This document shows, one piece after another, positions 1-14,236 of a DNA stretch of 64,000 nt. Position 1 is the first letter of the stretch. Each line of letters begins with the position of its first letter. The stretch is from Octopus sinensis (Eukaryota), in contig NW_021833007.1 in the NCBI RefSeq assembly GCF_006345805.1, positions 1 through 64,000 on the forward strand. Reading direction: 5' to 3'. A model generated the notes under the pieces. It did no database searches, had not been told where the DNA came from, and saw only the letters and a list, made by a program, of their open reading frames with translations. Made by a program: the position numbers and the translations under genes.

Positions 1-265
1 GAAACTGAAAGATGTCCATCATATATATGTATGCATGTATATATCTATGTGTGCATGTTTTTGTATTTGCCTCGTCACCACAACTTGAGAATGAGTCTTG
101 GTTTGTTTATGTCCCTCTAACTTAGCAGTGCAGTTAAGAGTGACTGATAGAGTAAAGTCCAGGCTTAAAAATAAGTGCTGGCAATTGATTTATTCAAGAA
201 AACCCACAGGGCAGTGCCACTGTATGGCGGCAGTCTGGTGACTGAAACAAGTATAAGAATAAAAG
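1..265 (+). mobile_element. SINE 3' half (family with CORE-like motif and central TA/TG microsatellite)
   Basis: GAAACTGAAAGA...(TATG)n...ACTTAGCAG...TGACTGAAACAAG matches the more complete copies at 48031-48426 and 51737-52120. Confidence 0.75.
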
Positions 266-2868
266 AATATATACACATACACAAAAGAAAGAGAGTAGCA
301 CTCAACACATTTAGTTGGATTTACTTGTATTTAATAACAGCTTGACTCAGTCCTACATGCCTTTATTTCATGAGCGCATTGAACACATGCCCAGAGACAC
401 TACTTCTGACAATCTGAGATGAATGTATTCTTCAAACCCTTGAAACTAAAACTGTGAGTGTATATATATATAAATATATTTGTGTGTGTGTGTGTGTGTA
501 TGAACTGTAGATGGCAATATCAGACACTTATCAATGATAACGTATAAATGTTTTAAATTTGTGAGAATAAAAGTTTGGATGGTGCATTTTACATGCCACC
601 AGCACAGGAGCCAGTCAGAAGGCATTGGCATTGACCATGTTTGGATGATGCATTTTATGTGTTACCAGAGTGGGAGCCAGTCATGGGGCACTAGCCACAG
701 CTACGATTTTGGTATTACTTGACTGAACAGGTCTTCTCAATCATATCATTATCACTCTGCATTTTTAAAAAATTAACTGAAACAAAGACTGTATTTCAAC
801 AGAAATTTGATAACAAAAAGGTAAATACATAAATAAAACAGGTTCTGTGAGCATTTGCTGGATGTCCATAAAAACATCCAAGAAGTCCTCAAAAACTTGT
901 AGTCTAGCACTAACTTGCTCAGTCACTCAGCTGATCACCTCTCAGATTGTGCAGTTCTCCAACACTGGGTAGAATGAGACTTGCAAATACACAGTGTCTC
1001 CAAGTCTCATTATACCCCGCAAAACACCTTCTTCAGCATGGTTTCTTTGGCACCTTAGGGTCTGAATTTACATCTCAGCTTCCTTTAATTCTGCCTTCTA
1101 CTTTCAAACCCCTTCATCCTTAAAATACGAAGAAAAAAGAAACAAAACAATGCTCTTGTGTGATGTGTATTTATTTGTGCTGTGTTGCTTATGTCTGTCT
1201 ATATGTATATATATATATGTGTGTGTGTGTCCATGTATTGTATGGTTAGCTATTTTGAATGCAGTTGTATGCATGTACTTCACATATTGTACACGCTGTG
1301 TGCAGCATGTAGTTGGATTTTGTTTATAATCTATTTTATTATATTGGCCTTCTAATTCCCCCACATCCACCACCCACATCCTGTCACAGATTACTATATA
1401 TTTCTTTCCATCCCTACTGACCTCCACTCTAGACACTATTAATTTTCTTTACAATTCTGCTAACTCCTTACTGTCATAAATTATTTTACAGTTCTTGGAC
1501 CCTCCTTATTAAACTCAGTTCTTTGCATGTTTCCTCTTCCATTCCTTTTCTCCCTCCTTAGTATTGTCCACCTCTTCTCTTTGTTAGGAGTTCTTAATAG
1601 TATCTACCACCTCACTTGATCTGGTCCTCACCACCTCCCTCATTTTTTGATATTTATTTCATCCTCTATAATTTACCTTGCTCATAGCTCATAGCACCTG
1701 TCACCAGCTTTTCCCCCTCTCTTCCTACATTGCTGCTCGTTCCTGACATCATACTATCATTTTATTCCATTTTTCATTCGCAATTTTGTGACCAAAGCGA
1801 TTACACTTTTATATATTTTCTCTGCAGAAAGAAGGGCAAGTGTTTGAACTTAAACTCTTTTACTCCTCACAGAAAATCTATTCATTGAACTCTTCCATGA
1901 AATCTAGGAATTAATCTTTACCTATGCAGACAAATACTAATTTCCCTGGATTCCATATTGTACCATGTGTAAATGATTCTAAACTTTGTTTGCCATTTTA
2001 TCAAAGTATTAGTTCAGCTTCATTTTGATATTTTTCTTGTTGAGATTTTAAAAATCTCGATACTTTTAGTGTGATTATTTTTAATTCATAGTATGTATAT
2101 ATGATCAAAATATACTTTAAATCCATCGGTGGAACAAACTGGAAAATTATCCAAATCTTTGTAGCCCATTGTCTGTATTATAGTGTATTGTTGTACCATT
2201 CAAAACTTTTTATTCTTTACAAACAATACACAATGCTTCAAGCAAACTACAGTACTCTCCTATTTTATCATAGTAATAATCATTATTATTGTTTGGTGAG
2301 CACTATGTGTCTATAGGGGAATTAGCCTATCATTCCTTTTATTCCCAATTCCTGAAAGTACTTCATTCACTAATGCTTATTCATTAGGGAGAGAATTTTA
2401 AATTATACTTAAATCATCATTATAATTCTATGTATAATCAATGAATATTGAAAGAAAGATATTTAAATTCATGCTGAAAGCTCTTATCTTATTAAAATGA
2501 AAATATAAAGCTAATCTGTCAGTGTTGCCATCTAAACTTGGTGCCAGTTAACTACAGCTGAAATAGTTGGTAAATAGTTATAGCTAGTATTCAAACTTCT
2601 GACAAATAGTTATAAGGATTAACTCTTCTTCTTCTTGGTTTTGTGTTTGCTAATATACTTGTTTACTACAGAATGTAATCCATCCATTGTTCCTTTAAAT
2701 GAAGGGGTAATTACAGGAATAATGGTATACATTAGGGACACATATTTCCTGTTATTAAGTGCTAAAATATAAATAAACTTTCAAAAGTCTAGTTTCCTAG
2801 TTGTGATCTGCACATTAATATAATGGCATGACTTTTACAGTGTTGAGGTTGTCAGTTTTCCTGCTATC

Positions 2869-3095
2869 TTAATGCTTTTGTTACTGTATTTATTTTGAGA
2901 AGCTCTGTGTTCCTTTGAATTACTTTAAATATAACAAAGAATTTAGTAAAATAACTTAGTTATCATTAAGCTAGTGTTAGGAACATAAATTGTGACTAAA
3001 TTTTGGTGGAAGATTTTAATTCAAAATTTATGAAAACAAGACATTTGTACTCAGTGTCAGAGCCGGCTTCAGCCAGTCGATAATGAAAGGGTTAA
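2869..3095. mobile_element. piggyBac-type MITE (TTAA-flanked)
   Basis: TTAA at both ends and right terminus AAAGGG|TTAA. Internal sequence is near-identical to 19554-19767. Confidence 0.7.
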
Positions 3096-3774
3096 AGTCT
3101 CCACTCACAAATCTTTTCTAAAGCTTTGGATGTGTTTTTTTTCTTTGATATTGTTTGTATATTTTTGTTGCCTTTCTGTTTAGTTCTTTTGAAGCAGATG
3201 CTAACTTGAGAAACTGTACATGTGAACACTTTTCTCATTTAATAGCCTAATCTTAAAGCAGTCTTTATAAGACGGTATCAATTCAGCCTGAGGATGATAT
3301 CAGAGAGAAGTTGATGTATCTAACAGCATTGCATCAAGCAGTCTTTGGATAAAATAACCGACAAAGTTCTCTTTTCTTTGTTTTTATCAGTGTTAAGTGT
3401 AATACACTAGTCCTGTCTGAATTCTAATAAACAGCCGAAAAACTAATTTATAATGTCTGCAGAAGAGAAGCCATCAGAACTGCCAGCATCCTCCATGGCA
3501 AAGCATCATCAGCTGACGACGGTAAGATGCCAATGAATATTTTGGATATTTGTAAACTTCTGTCTTTACTGAGATGTCATATTTTTCCCTTCTTACTTAT
3601 GAATGTTACTTTTTGGTAATATTTCAGTTTTTCTTTTTTATCTTTTTAGAAGCTTCCTTTTCTATTTTGCTATTTTTGTATTGCTTTTCTTTTACTTTTT
3701 GTTCAGTTGAAACTTTTGTTTTCTTTTATTTTTGTTGGGGTATATTCTTGAATATTCTATAATTTTTCTTTTAT

Positions 3775-4230
3775 AAACTCCAACGTCTGGCAACTGACTT
3801 GGCAGACACCCATAAAATTATAAACCATCTTACTGACAATAACTCTGAGCACCTTTTCAAATTCCACCTGTCTAACACCTGTGGACATGTTTACAAAGTC
3901 AGAAAACAGCATAGCTCCAATGACTTTCGGAAACATTTTTTCACGCTAAGAGTTGCTGAAGTATGGAACAAACTGCTGGCATTAGTTGTTAGTTGTCAGA
4001 GCACTGCATCCTTCAAACCTTCCATGCTTCCTGAGATTCGCCAACACTACACCTGATTTTCTCCCCTCCATACAAACGCAAGCATGTATCTGATTCATAC
4101 ACTGTTGACTTTTCAAACATTTGTACATTACTACATATGCTTTATAAACAATTTTGACAAGTTGTAGTACACTTGAGCACTGTATACAATAATTTCATTA
4201 TTATAATTATAATTATTATTATTATTATTA
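3775..4230 (+). mobile_element. CR1/L2-group LINE 3' fragment
   Basis: ORF 3799..4056 has T-x-GH-x-x-K...R-x-HFF-x-x-RV-x-x-x-WN-x-L, the conserved CR1 ORF2 C-terminus. Ends in an (ATT)n tail. Confidence 0.8.
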
Positions 4231-5022
4231 AATATAAGCATCATTCAAATTTCAGTCCTTATTTTATCATTATGTAACACGAGTTTTGAAGTTTGTATAA
4301 GATCTTTATTCAGTATTTCCGTTAGGAGGCAATTAGTTTTAAACACCGTATTTTTTATAATAGTTTCATTTGTTAATGAAATTATGGAGTGAAGGTTTAA
4401 GCATAATCAAAATTCTATTGAAATTCTAATTTTTCAATGTAATAAAATTTGTAAAATATGCATTCATAATAGCCATTGTTTTGATACTCGTTAATATTAT
4501 ACATACATAGAAAGATATATACATATATATATCTATAAAAACTTACTTGCTAATACAAATTTGGCGTGTGCTGTGTTCCATTGCATGATAAATGAAAAAA
4601 ATATATAAACAAGTGGCATAACTTTATTTACATTTGATAGATATTTGTCCTCATCTTGTTTGTTGTTAACACAATGTTTTAACTGATACACCCTCCAGCC
4701 TTCATCAGGTGTCTTGGGGAAATTTTGAACCTAGGTTCTCATTCCTAAGGTATTTTTCGATGTTGTTGTTGTTATTGTTGTTTTTCTTGTCTTGTTTTTG
4801 TCTTTTATGTTGTGTCATGTAATTTTATGTAGCTTTACATTAGCCCTTGCGGCCAATAAAAGAGATATTAATAATATTTATTATTACTTTCATAGTTGTT
4901 ATTGCATTGTTTTTATACAAGCTGTTCCTAGTCACACACACAGAGACAGCAAGTAACAGCTAGTTAGACATCTTACTGTAGGTATTATTTATGAGTGGCA
5001 ATTATATATTGTAGAGAAAGGA

Positions 5023-5063
<41 letters not shown>

Positions 5064-5149
5064 CAGGCGGTGAGAATCGTTAGCACACTGGATGAAATGC
5101 TTAGCGGTATTTCACCTGTTGCTATGTTCTGAGTTCAAATTCTGCCGAG

Positions 5150-5715
5150 GTTGGGTTCATTTTTAGTGTTCTCATTTGTGAGGGCAGTTGAGTTTATTTC
5201 AGATATTTTCATTTTAAAAATCATCTCTGGCTAATTGTTGAGAGGATGTTAGTGTTGCCTTGGCAAAAAAGGTAGTATGGTGGACCCGTTTGAAAGGGCT
5301 AAAGACAAACACTTTCTTCTTTGGCCAAACTCTCATCAACTTTTTCAAGTTTCACTTGAAAAGGAAGTTGAGGGTGGAGAGGGAAGTTCTGCCTTGTAGT
5401 AAGTTTGTTGGAAGGTGGGTGAATATCGGAAGAATGTCCAGTGTGAAAGGACCAATTCTGAGCATGCACCTGTAAAATGAGAATCAAAGGAGTAGGGCTC
5501 TTGCCTTGTTGTTCAGGTACCCGTGGCTTTTGTGGGTTTTTCCACAAGGACCTTAAAATGCCTCCCCTATTGGGAGTTTTAATTTGTTCAATTTTTATTG
5601 TTATTACATTGTGTATATATGGAAAACCCATTGAATCGTCTTTTTTTTGTCTTTTATGTCGTTGTATGTCAATTAATATTTTGTATGTGAGCCCTTGTGG
5701 CTAGTAAAAGAGTAA
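5150..5715 (+). mobile_element. L1/Tx1-like LINE 3' fragment
   Basis: AKKVVWWTR...FFKFHLKRKLRVEREVL...FVGRW resembles Tx1-clade ORF2 C-termini. Followed by a T-rich 3' UTR. The similarity is weak. Confidence 0.45.
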
Positions 5716-7068
5716 ATCGTTGTCGTCATCGTCATTGTTGTTGTTGTTATTATTATTATAAAGATGGTAAAGTGGCAGAATCGTTTGCATGCTGAACAAA
5801 ATGCTTAGTGGCATTTTGTCTGCCTTCATGTCCTGAGTTAATATTCTGCTGAGGTCAGTTTTGTCTTTTACCTTTTTAAGGTTGATAAAATAAATGCCAG
5901 TTGAGTACTGGGAAGTCTATATAATCAACTAGCCCTCCACCCAAATTTCAGACTCACTCTTCTATTAATTTTTTATCCATTTGAATTTCAAAATTCTCTC
6001 CCTTACTCTTCTTGATAAGATTTGTCATTACTGTTAAGGACATTCTTCTCAAATATTCTTTTTTGCTCACTACAGTGTGATAACTTTTATCTATTAACTT
6101 TATGCTTTTTTCAGTTAAATTTTACTTGATATAAGAAAGTAATTTTCTCCCTATACTTCCCTTTGTCCTGCAGCCAAAAACATACGGATTGCTCTCTTGA
6201 TAATTCTGTCAATCCTTCAAAGCAAAAGTTTATTCTTGATTAGTTTTGTCTTAGCAGAATTAGAAGAAGGGTAGCCAAAATGCTGTATGATATTCAGTTG
6301 CATCTCTATACTTTCGGTGCTCAAATTTTACTGAGGCTAACTTTGTCTTTCTTTCTTTCAGGTTTTATAAAATAAACTAGCAGATAAGTACTGCAGTTGA
6401 TTTAAGTGATGATAACCTTTCCTCCAAAATATGAGGCCTTCTGTCAATGTTAGAAATGAATATATTATAAAATCAATAGAATGAAATGCCTTGTAGTAAT
6501 TATTATATTTACCCATATAATTTGCACTATTTTATACTAGAAAACCTAGGGTCCTATTTATATGAGGGGCAAAGCTAAAACTAATACTCTATGCAACCTT
6601 TGTACCAAGGTTTAACACAAAATTAGGGGTGCAATTTGCACACATGTAAGTAACATAGTTATGCTTCTTTACATTTTGAGCCTAAATCTCACTGAGAGTA
6701 AATATGTCTTTCATCATTCAGGATTTGATAAAACAATTTCCTTACAACCACTGGGGTTGAAATGATGGTCTGTTCCTTCCTCCAAAATGTGTGGCCATGT
6801 GCCTGTTATAAATCAATATAATAAAATCAATTTTCTTTCCTTCTGAAATGATTTACATTTGTTGTTGTTGTTGTTTAGAAGAAAGTTATCCCATGCATGT
6901 TATTAGTTCCTGCCTATGATTTTTAAAAATATTTTAATATAATTAATTTAATATTGTTTCTGTAATTGTTTTATTGTAAAGAGTAAAATTTCAGTCAGCT
7001 TCCAATTTTGTGCTGTTACCATTCATTTAAGTACTAATCACAATGTTATTATTTTGTCTTTGTTGCAG

Positions 7069-7172
7069 AAAGACTTAATCATACTAGTAATTCTCCTGAT
7101 TACTTTTATTTATATGACTTTCTACTTGTACTTCTGGCTTGTGCTTGATAATTATTCAGATGATTTTAATTG
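7069..7172 (+). CDS. GDPD5: GDPD5-like exon ([35 protein letters not shown]), TM1
   Basis: Acceptor ttgttgcag| and donor TG|gtgagt. LYFW...N...FNW motif typical of the GDE2/3/6 N-terminus. Confidence 0.9.
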
Positions 7173-10100
7173 GTGAGTATCAAATTTGTTTCCAATTATA
7201 TTAGAGGAAGTGTGTGTGTGTGTGTGTGTATGATAGGCTTCTTTCAGTTTCCACCCTAAGCTATAGTAGAAGATACTTGTCCAAGGTGTCACACAGTAAG
7301 ACTGAACCCGGAACCATGATGTTGGGAAGCAAGCTTTGTACCACACAGCCATGCCTGCCTCTCTATATGTGCTTGTGCGTGTGCATGCGCGCATGCACAC
7401 ATGTGTGTGTTGTTGAAGCAAGTGCCTAGCATTGAGAAAGCTCAACAAAGATGAAATGTGTTTGTAGTTCTGGTGAGTCACTGCAGTGATGATATTCATC
7501 TCAGTCCTATATAAGTTGTGATTTTAATGCAATAATTCATACCTTCTAACAGTGTATATACATTTTGTATGATACACAGATGGCAATTTTAATGTACTTT
7601 TTTAATATATATTTAGATATCTAATATATTTTATATATTTCTTGTTTTAGTTTTGAAAGACTGATTTAAAATTGGAGCACTGAATATGCTAACCATTAAG
7701 CCACATGCCTCAGTGTTTGGTCCTTACCATGATCATTATCAATGACATGATAACAACATAATGTATGCTTGTTGATGTAAACCCACCAAGATCAATAAAA
7801 GGTCTTTATTTCACTTCATAAATAGTAAACTTACCTTTTACCAATTTCAGTCATTGGACTGTGGCTATTCTGGAGCACCAGCTTGAAGAGTTTGCTTCTC
7901 ATTACTTGTTTTTTTAATCTGGTACTTATTCTGTTGGTCTTTTTTGCCAAACTGCTACATTAAAGAGTCCTGTATGAGAACAACAACAAAAAATAAGTAT
8001 GAATATAACCACTATTGTCAACAATATTATGATGATGAAGCACTACATTAAATACCCTTCAGTATTTAATTTTGTCCATCTGTGGATATTAATTTTGACT
8101 TTTATCCCAAGTGAAATATAATAATTTTTGCAGAATTCTCAGCATTATACAATTGTCAGGGCTCATCATCATTTTCCCAATTTTTCCTTTTCTTTTTCCT
8201 CTTTATTGATATTATCATCATCATCATCATCATCATCATCATTTAAGGTCCATGTTCCTGGGCAGTATGTCAGAATCTGATTGGTCCAAGGACTGCATTG
8301 TGCTCCAATATTTGCTTAGCTTGACTTTTATAGCTGGATGCCCTTCCTAAAACCAACCACTTTACAGCATGTACTGGATGCTTTTTACATGTCACCAGCT
8401 TTATTGGGGTCATCATGCAGCTTGCAAGACTATGAACCCTGGGGGATGGGAGAGTGGTTTTATATTAGGAGATAAAGGGTTAAAGTATGAGAGGGTGTGC
8501 AGAGCAGTTTCTTGTTTTGAATGAACTATACTGGTCGTTGCCAGTGCTGCTGGACTGGCTCCTGTGCAGGTGGCATGTAAAAAACACCATTTGAGCGTGG
8601 CCGTTGCCAGTACCACCTGACTGGCTCTCGTGCCAGTGGCATGTAAAAGCACCCACTACACTCTCAGAATGGTTGGTGTTAGGAAGGGCATCCAGCTGGA
8701 TTACAACAAAAAACAATTTGAAGTACAGATCAAAAGAATAGATCATATTTCTATATTTTCTGAGCTAAACTCACAAGGGAAACTTACACATCTGATATTG
8801 TTTAAGGAAATGTAAATTAGGCTGAAATATTTCAAAATATAAATTTACTCCTCAGAAAATATTTTTGATTTCTATATTAGGTGCAGACATGTGTTTTAGG
8901 TTCAGTCCTACCGTGCAGCACCTTGGGCAAGTGCCTATAGCTCTGAGCCAACCAAAACCTTGTGAGTGGATTTGGTTGACAGAAACTGAAAGAAGCCCAC
9001 CATATGTGTGTGTGTACCCTTGTTAAGCATCACCATTGCACAATGTTGTTTATTTCCAGTCTTCTATGGAATAACATGTCTGGCTGTAGGAAATATTACC
9101 TAGCCTAGAAACAGGTGAGAGCTAGCCACAGGAAGGGCATCTGTCTGTAGAAAATCTGTCTCAACAAATTCTGTTTGACCCATCCAAGCACACTAATAAC
9201 TGTAACCATTTCATCCCTACTAGGACATTGGCTCTCTGGATTTGTTTCTCTTCTCATTGACTTACAAAGGTTCAAAAGAAACATTAACAGTATTAGTTTC
9301 ATTGCTATAAAACAGTGGTTATCAAGCATTTTTTATCTATAGACCCTTTTCATTCCTATTTTATTCAGATGGGCCCTCATAATCATTTGAAGTTTTAAAA
9401 ATCTTATATTTTTATAATTAAATAATATTAAGAATTATATTTAAAAATTGTTGAAATATTTTGTTTATTGTAGAAGTATAATCTATTTATTACACATAAT
9501 TTTAGCAACAAAATCTTATGTAGACCCCCCAAGGGTCATGTGGACCCCACTTGAGTACCACTGATCTATAATAGAAGGACCTGTGAAGGCCAGGGACACT
9601 GCCCTTTCCACCACACTCAACAATTAAAAACACAAACAAAAGCCAAAACAAAACAAACCACAAGATTATTTTCATTTCTAGTCCCACCCATGCTAGCATG
9701 GAACATGGACGTTAAATGGTGATGATAATGATGATTTAATAAGTTTTCATTTATTGCTTTTCCAGGTATTTTACAGTAAAGTTTAAACTGAAATATTTAC
9801 CATGGTATACAATGATACTGTGCAGAATAGGGATTGGGTCTGGGTATCTTGCAATTTTAGTGGTAAGTTGCTTTCACTTTTACATTATTTTTCCAGTTCA
9901 CAGAAATAACAACAAAAAAATATAATTTAGCTATGTTAGATCACTGGATTTAGAGTACATGATACAACATTTTTACTCATGATATATCTATGTATGTTTC
10001 CTTCAGTTTGTGTTTAATTTTTAGTTTTATTTTGTGTACTGCATTATAATGAACTGTAATGACTCCTTGCTGTAGATGTATGGTCAATTGATGAGAAAGG

Positions 10101-13100
10101 GTTGTAATGTAACAATTTGTGTAATGAAGTTTACAATGTAAACGTCTACTTACCAGACCAAATGTGAAAATGTAAATACATCTTTAACCATAATGAACAT
10201 TAAAGGGCTGATGCATATTGCCAGCTTTATGATATTAAACAGACAATAGAGAAATCTTCTGTCCTGGATAAGTAACATTTCTAGATAATTTGATATCTAT
10301 TCCCAACATATAAATGAACTTTGATAATGTACAATAAAACATTCTATTCTGAAACACGGCAAAAACACTTGAAACAGACTTATGATGAAACAGACAACAG
10401 AGAAATCTTCTCTCCTGGATAAGTAACATTTCTAGATAATTTGGTATCTATTCCCAACATCTAAATGAACTTTGATAATGACCAATAAAACATTCTACTC
10501 TGAAACACTGCAAAACCTCTTGAAACAGACTCAACCCACTCATAGCTCATGTCATGTACACACTGCCATTTCACTTCTATAAGTACCAGAGGAGAAGTCA
10601 TAGAACTAATACAGTCAACCTTAGTATAGTACTAGTACTTAGTAGTTTCTACTTGCATTTAAGTGAACTGGGCATTTCAGAGTTAAGTCTCTCTGTCAGC
10701 CATGCAGCACATTGTTAATGATTGTTTATGGACTACTGTCATTTTTTGTTGAGGTAAATTATATGTAGCTGGATGCTTTTGCAATCACCAACCCTCAACT
10801 GTATCAAAGCAAGGTAAAATTTCCTTTAATTCTTCAAACAACATATGGACTGGACATGTTTTCATAGAAGATTGCAAACTAATGATATCACTTGTATGAT
10901 GATGATGATGTTTGTGGCCAACAATTTGCCCACAAAGCTTTGGTCAGCTCAGAACTATAGTTGGAGAACGCTGACCTGAAGTGCCATGAAACCAAAATCA
11001 CATGGTTGGGAAGTGAACTTCTCAATCATATCGCCATGAAAATAAATACACACACAAACATGTGTGTGTGTAACCACATGTCCCAGTTGTTATGGTGTTG
11101 TACACGATTGCAAAATTGTGATTTTGATTCTTGGACCAGTGGTGCATTGTGTTCTTGAGCAAAACACATCATTTCATGTTGCTCCAGTCCACTCAGCTGT
11201 AAATGTGTAATCCTGCAGTGGACTAGTGTCCCATTCAGGTGGAATGTTGGCTTGCCCACCTGGCCAGTGGGGTGGCATCATTCGTAAGCTACAACAGTCC
11301 AAGGAAGCACATTGTAATCAACAATGTATAACAAAATCCAACATTCATGTCATTACAGTGATTATACACACACACACACACACACTTTATTTGTAGGTTA
11401 ACAAGGCTGCCAGTGAAGAGATTTTCACAGTTGTTAAAGTGAACCACATGGAAGTGTTGGTACTTATCTCCATTTTGGAACAAATATGAGGATCTCTTCA
11501 CATGAAACAATTGGTATCTTTGTTAACTCATAAATGAAAAAAATTCATCCACCAACGCATGGTTGAGCACTCATTCTCAATATTCAATATAAGCATAGGA
11601 GTCTCTGGGATGACAGGGGACTGAGACTCCTGGAGGTTTGCTGTGCTTGAGAAGACACATCAAGCTAAGCAAAATTGTGGCTGTCCTTGCATACAGGTAT
11701 GAATGCTGCATCCCTCTCTAGCTGTACATTCCTAGTCATATAGGCTTATAGGTGCTAGTCCCATGTAAAAAGCACCTATACTGGTACTATGTAAATGCAC
11801 TTGTGCTGGAGCTACATAAAAGCACTCCAAACACTCTATAAAGTGATTGGCATTAGGAAGGATATCTAGCTGTAAGAAACCATGACAAAATAGCCTTGGA
11901 GCCTTGTGCAGCTCTTCAGCTGGCCAGCTCCTATCAAACGGTCCTACACATGCCAGCATGGAAAACGGATGTTAAATGATGATAATGAAATATATATATA
12001 TGTTCTGTGCAGCCAATACAAGCATGGAAAAGATGTACAAATGCACAAATTTTATTGTTCAAACTAATTAAAAATACAAAACAAAATGAAAAAGTTTTAT
12101 CGCTAGAGATGGAATTATTTTTAATCTCAGTGTAGCGATGTGTTTTATTTTTATGAATCTTGTTCACAACCTTCTTCCAAATGTGTTTTAATATCATGGA
12201 GAAGGAAGAAAGATAGACCATTGTTTATTGTAATGCTATGACTTTTTATGATCTCAATATACAGTCAAGTCCAAGGTCAGATCAAGATAGAAATTCATTT
12301 ATACAGTGGTTACAGTCATAGCATTTTTTAAATTCAGTATCTTTACCTAAACCTAGGCCTTGAAGATTATTAAATTGTCTTTGTTACAAGTTGAAGTTCT
12401 CATAATTTTCAGCAACATTACTTTCCTCTTAGAGGCTAATATGAAGTAAATGTATTGCTGTCTTTGTATGTTATGACAGCAGAATGTGACAAAACTTGCC
12501 TCTGTAAACAATGCTTTCAAATAGATATATGTTATCAAATATTTATTGTGCCAACATTGCATAGCAACAAGATATAGACTATATAATCAGCTGCTGCTTC
12601 AAAGTGTCAGAAGGATGTTATCTTTCCCATAAAACATGATGTTATTACAAAAGACAGTATATATAATATACAATATACAATGTTAATTCATCCAGAAGAA
12701 CTGGTTTGGTTAGAAGTGACTATCATCTCGCAATAATATAAAATACATTGATACTTTTAAACAAATGAAATATTGATGAAACAATAAGCTGGTTGATCAT
12801 GTTTTATATCTTTCACTTGCAATGACACGTCATTATTCGGGGGGGGGGGGGGTATAAAGCCATGATCTTACTGTAGTGTTTTAAAATATCAAACAGCGAA
12901 AAAAGATGGTACTCTCTTTAGTTGCTTCTTAACATTATTACCTATTTGTTTTTAATGATGATTCAGACATTTGAAGAGTATAAAAAGGGTATTTATAACA
13001 TTTATTTTGAGGTTAGATATTTGAAGCAGAAATTTGAAACAGAAGTGACAAAGAGGTCCATTGGTTGGGTACAAACCACATATGTATTTTTTGGTAAATG

Positions 13101-13201
13101 ATATATGATGGCTATGCTACATCTAGCAAGTTGAGTGACCATGTATAGGTTCCCTCTTTGGTTTGTAACAGATATACAAGTGTGTGTGTGTGTGTGTACA
13201 T

Positions 13202-13236
<35 letters not shown>

Positions 13237-14061
13237 TACATACATATATATATATATATATAAAGTGAGATTGCAGCCATGGCCAGTGCCAGTGTTGCAT
13301 GTCTGGCCCATTTGAAAAGTACGCTTGATGCGTCAGGTGATATGATATGCTTGAGAAAACCTGTTGAGTCAAGTAAAATGAAAATCGTAGCTGTGGCCAG
13401 TGGCCCCTGACTGGCTCCCATTTCAGTGGCATGCAAAATTCATCATCCACACATGGTAGATGCCAGTGCACCCTGACTGTCTCCCATGCCAGTAGCACAT
13501 AAAAAGTACAATCTGAATGTGGTCGATGCTAGTGTCCCCTGACCTACTCCCATGCTGGTGGCTTGTAGAAAGTACCATCTGAACATGGCTGATGCCAGTG
13601 CCCCCTGACTGGCTCCCATGCTGGCAGTACGTAAAAAGCACTATCCAAACAGGATTGATACCAGGCCTGCCTAACTGGCTCCTGTACTAGTGGCATGTAG
13701 AAAGCACCCACTACACTCTTGGAGTGGTTGGCATTTGGAAGGGCATCCACCTATAGAAACATTGCTACATTAGATTGGAGCCTGGTGCAGCCATTGGATT
13801 TCCAGACCTCAATCAAACTGTCAAACCCATGCCAGCATGGAAAACGGACGTTATACGATGATGATGATGATGATGATAATTGGAGGTAAAAGAAATATTT
13901 ATAACAATATATTGATTCATTGTATGTCAACAGGAAGATCTGCATTGATATTGACATCATCTAAAATATTTAACAGTGTAAAGTCTATGTATGAGAAGAA
14001 ATGTCATGATGCATCAGTTTTTTCCTGATTCACACTGAATTCTAAAGTGCTTGTAATATTG

Positions 14062-14136
<75 letters not shown>

Positions 14137-14172
14137 TGTGTGTTTGCATGGAGATTGTGTGTATGTGTATAC

Positions 14173-14236
<64 letters not shown>

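Noticed and set aside
3285-3560. CTGAGGA and CTGACGA hammerhead-like boxes
   Set aside because: No GAAA box or convincing stem I at the required spacing. Too degenerate to call.
1-7068. Search for the first coding exon of the 7069-39598 gene
   Set aside because: No QYY/GC-x-W-x-RY-encoding exon was found by eye. It is presumed to lie upstream of the window.
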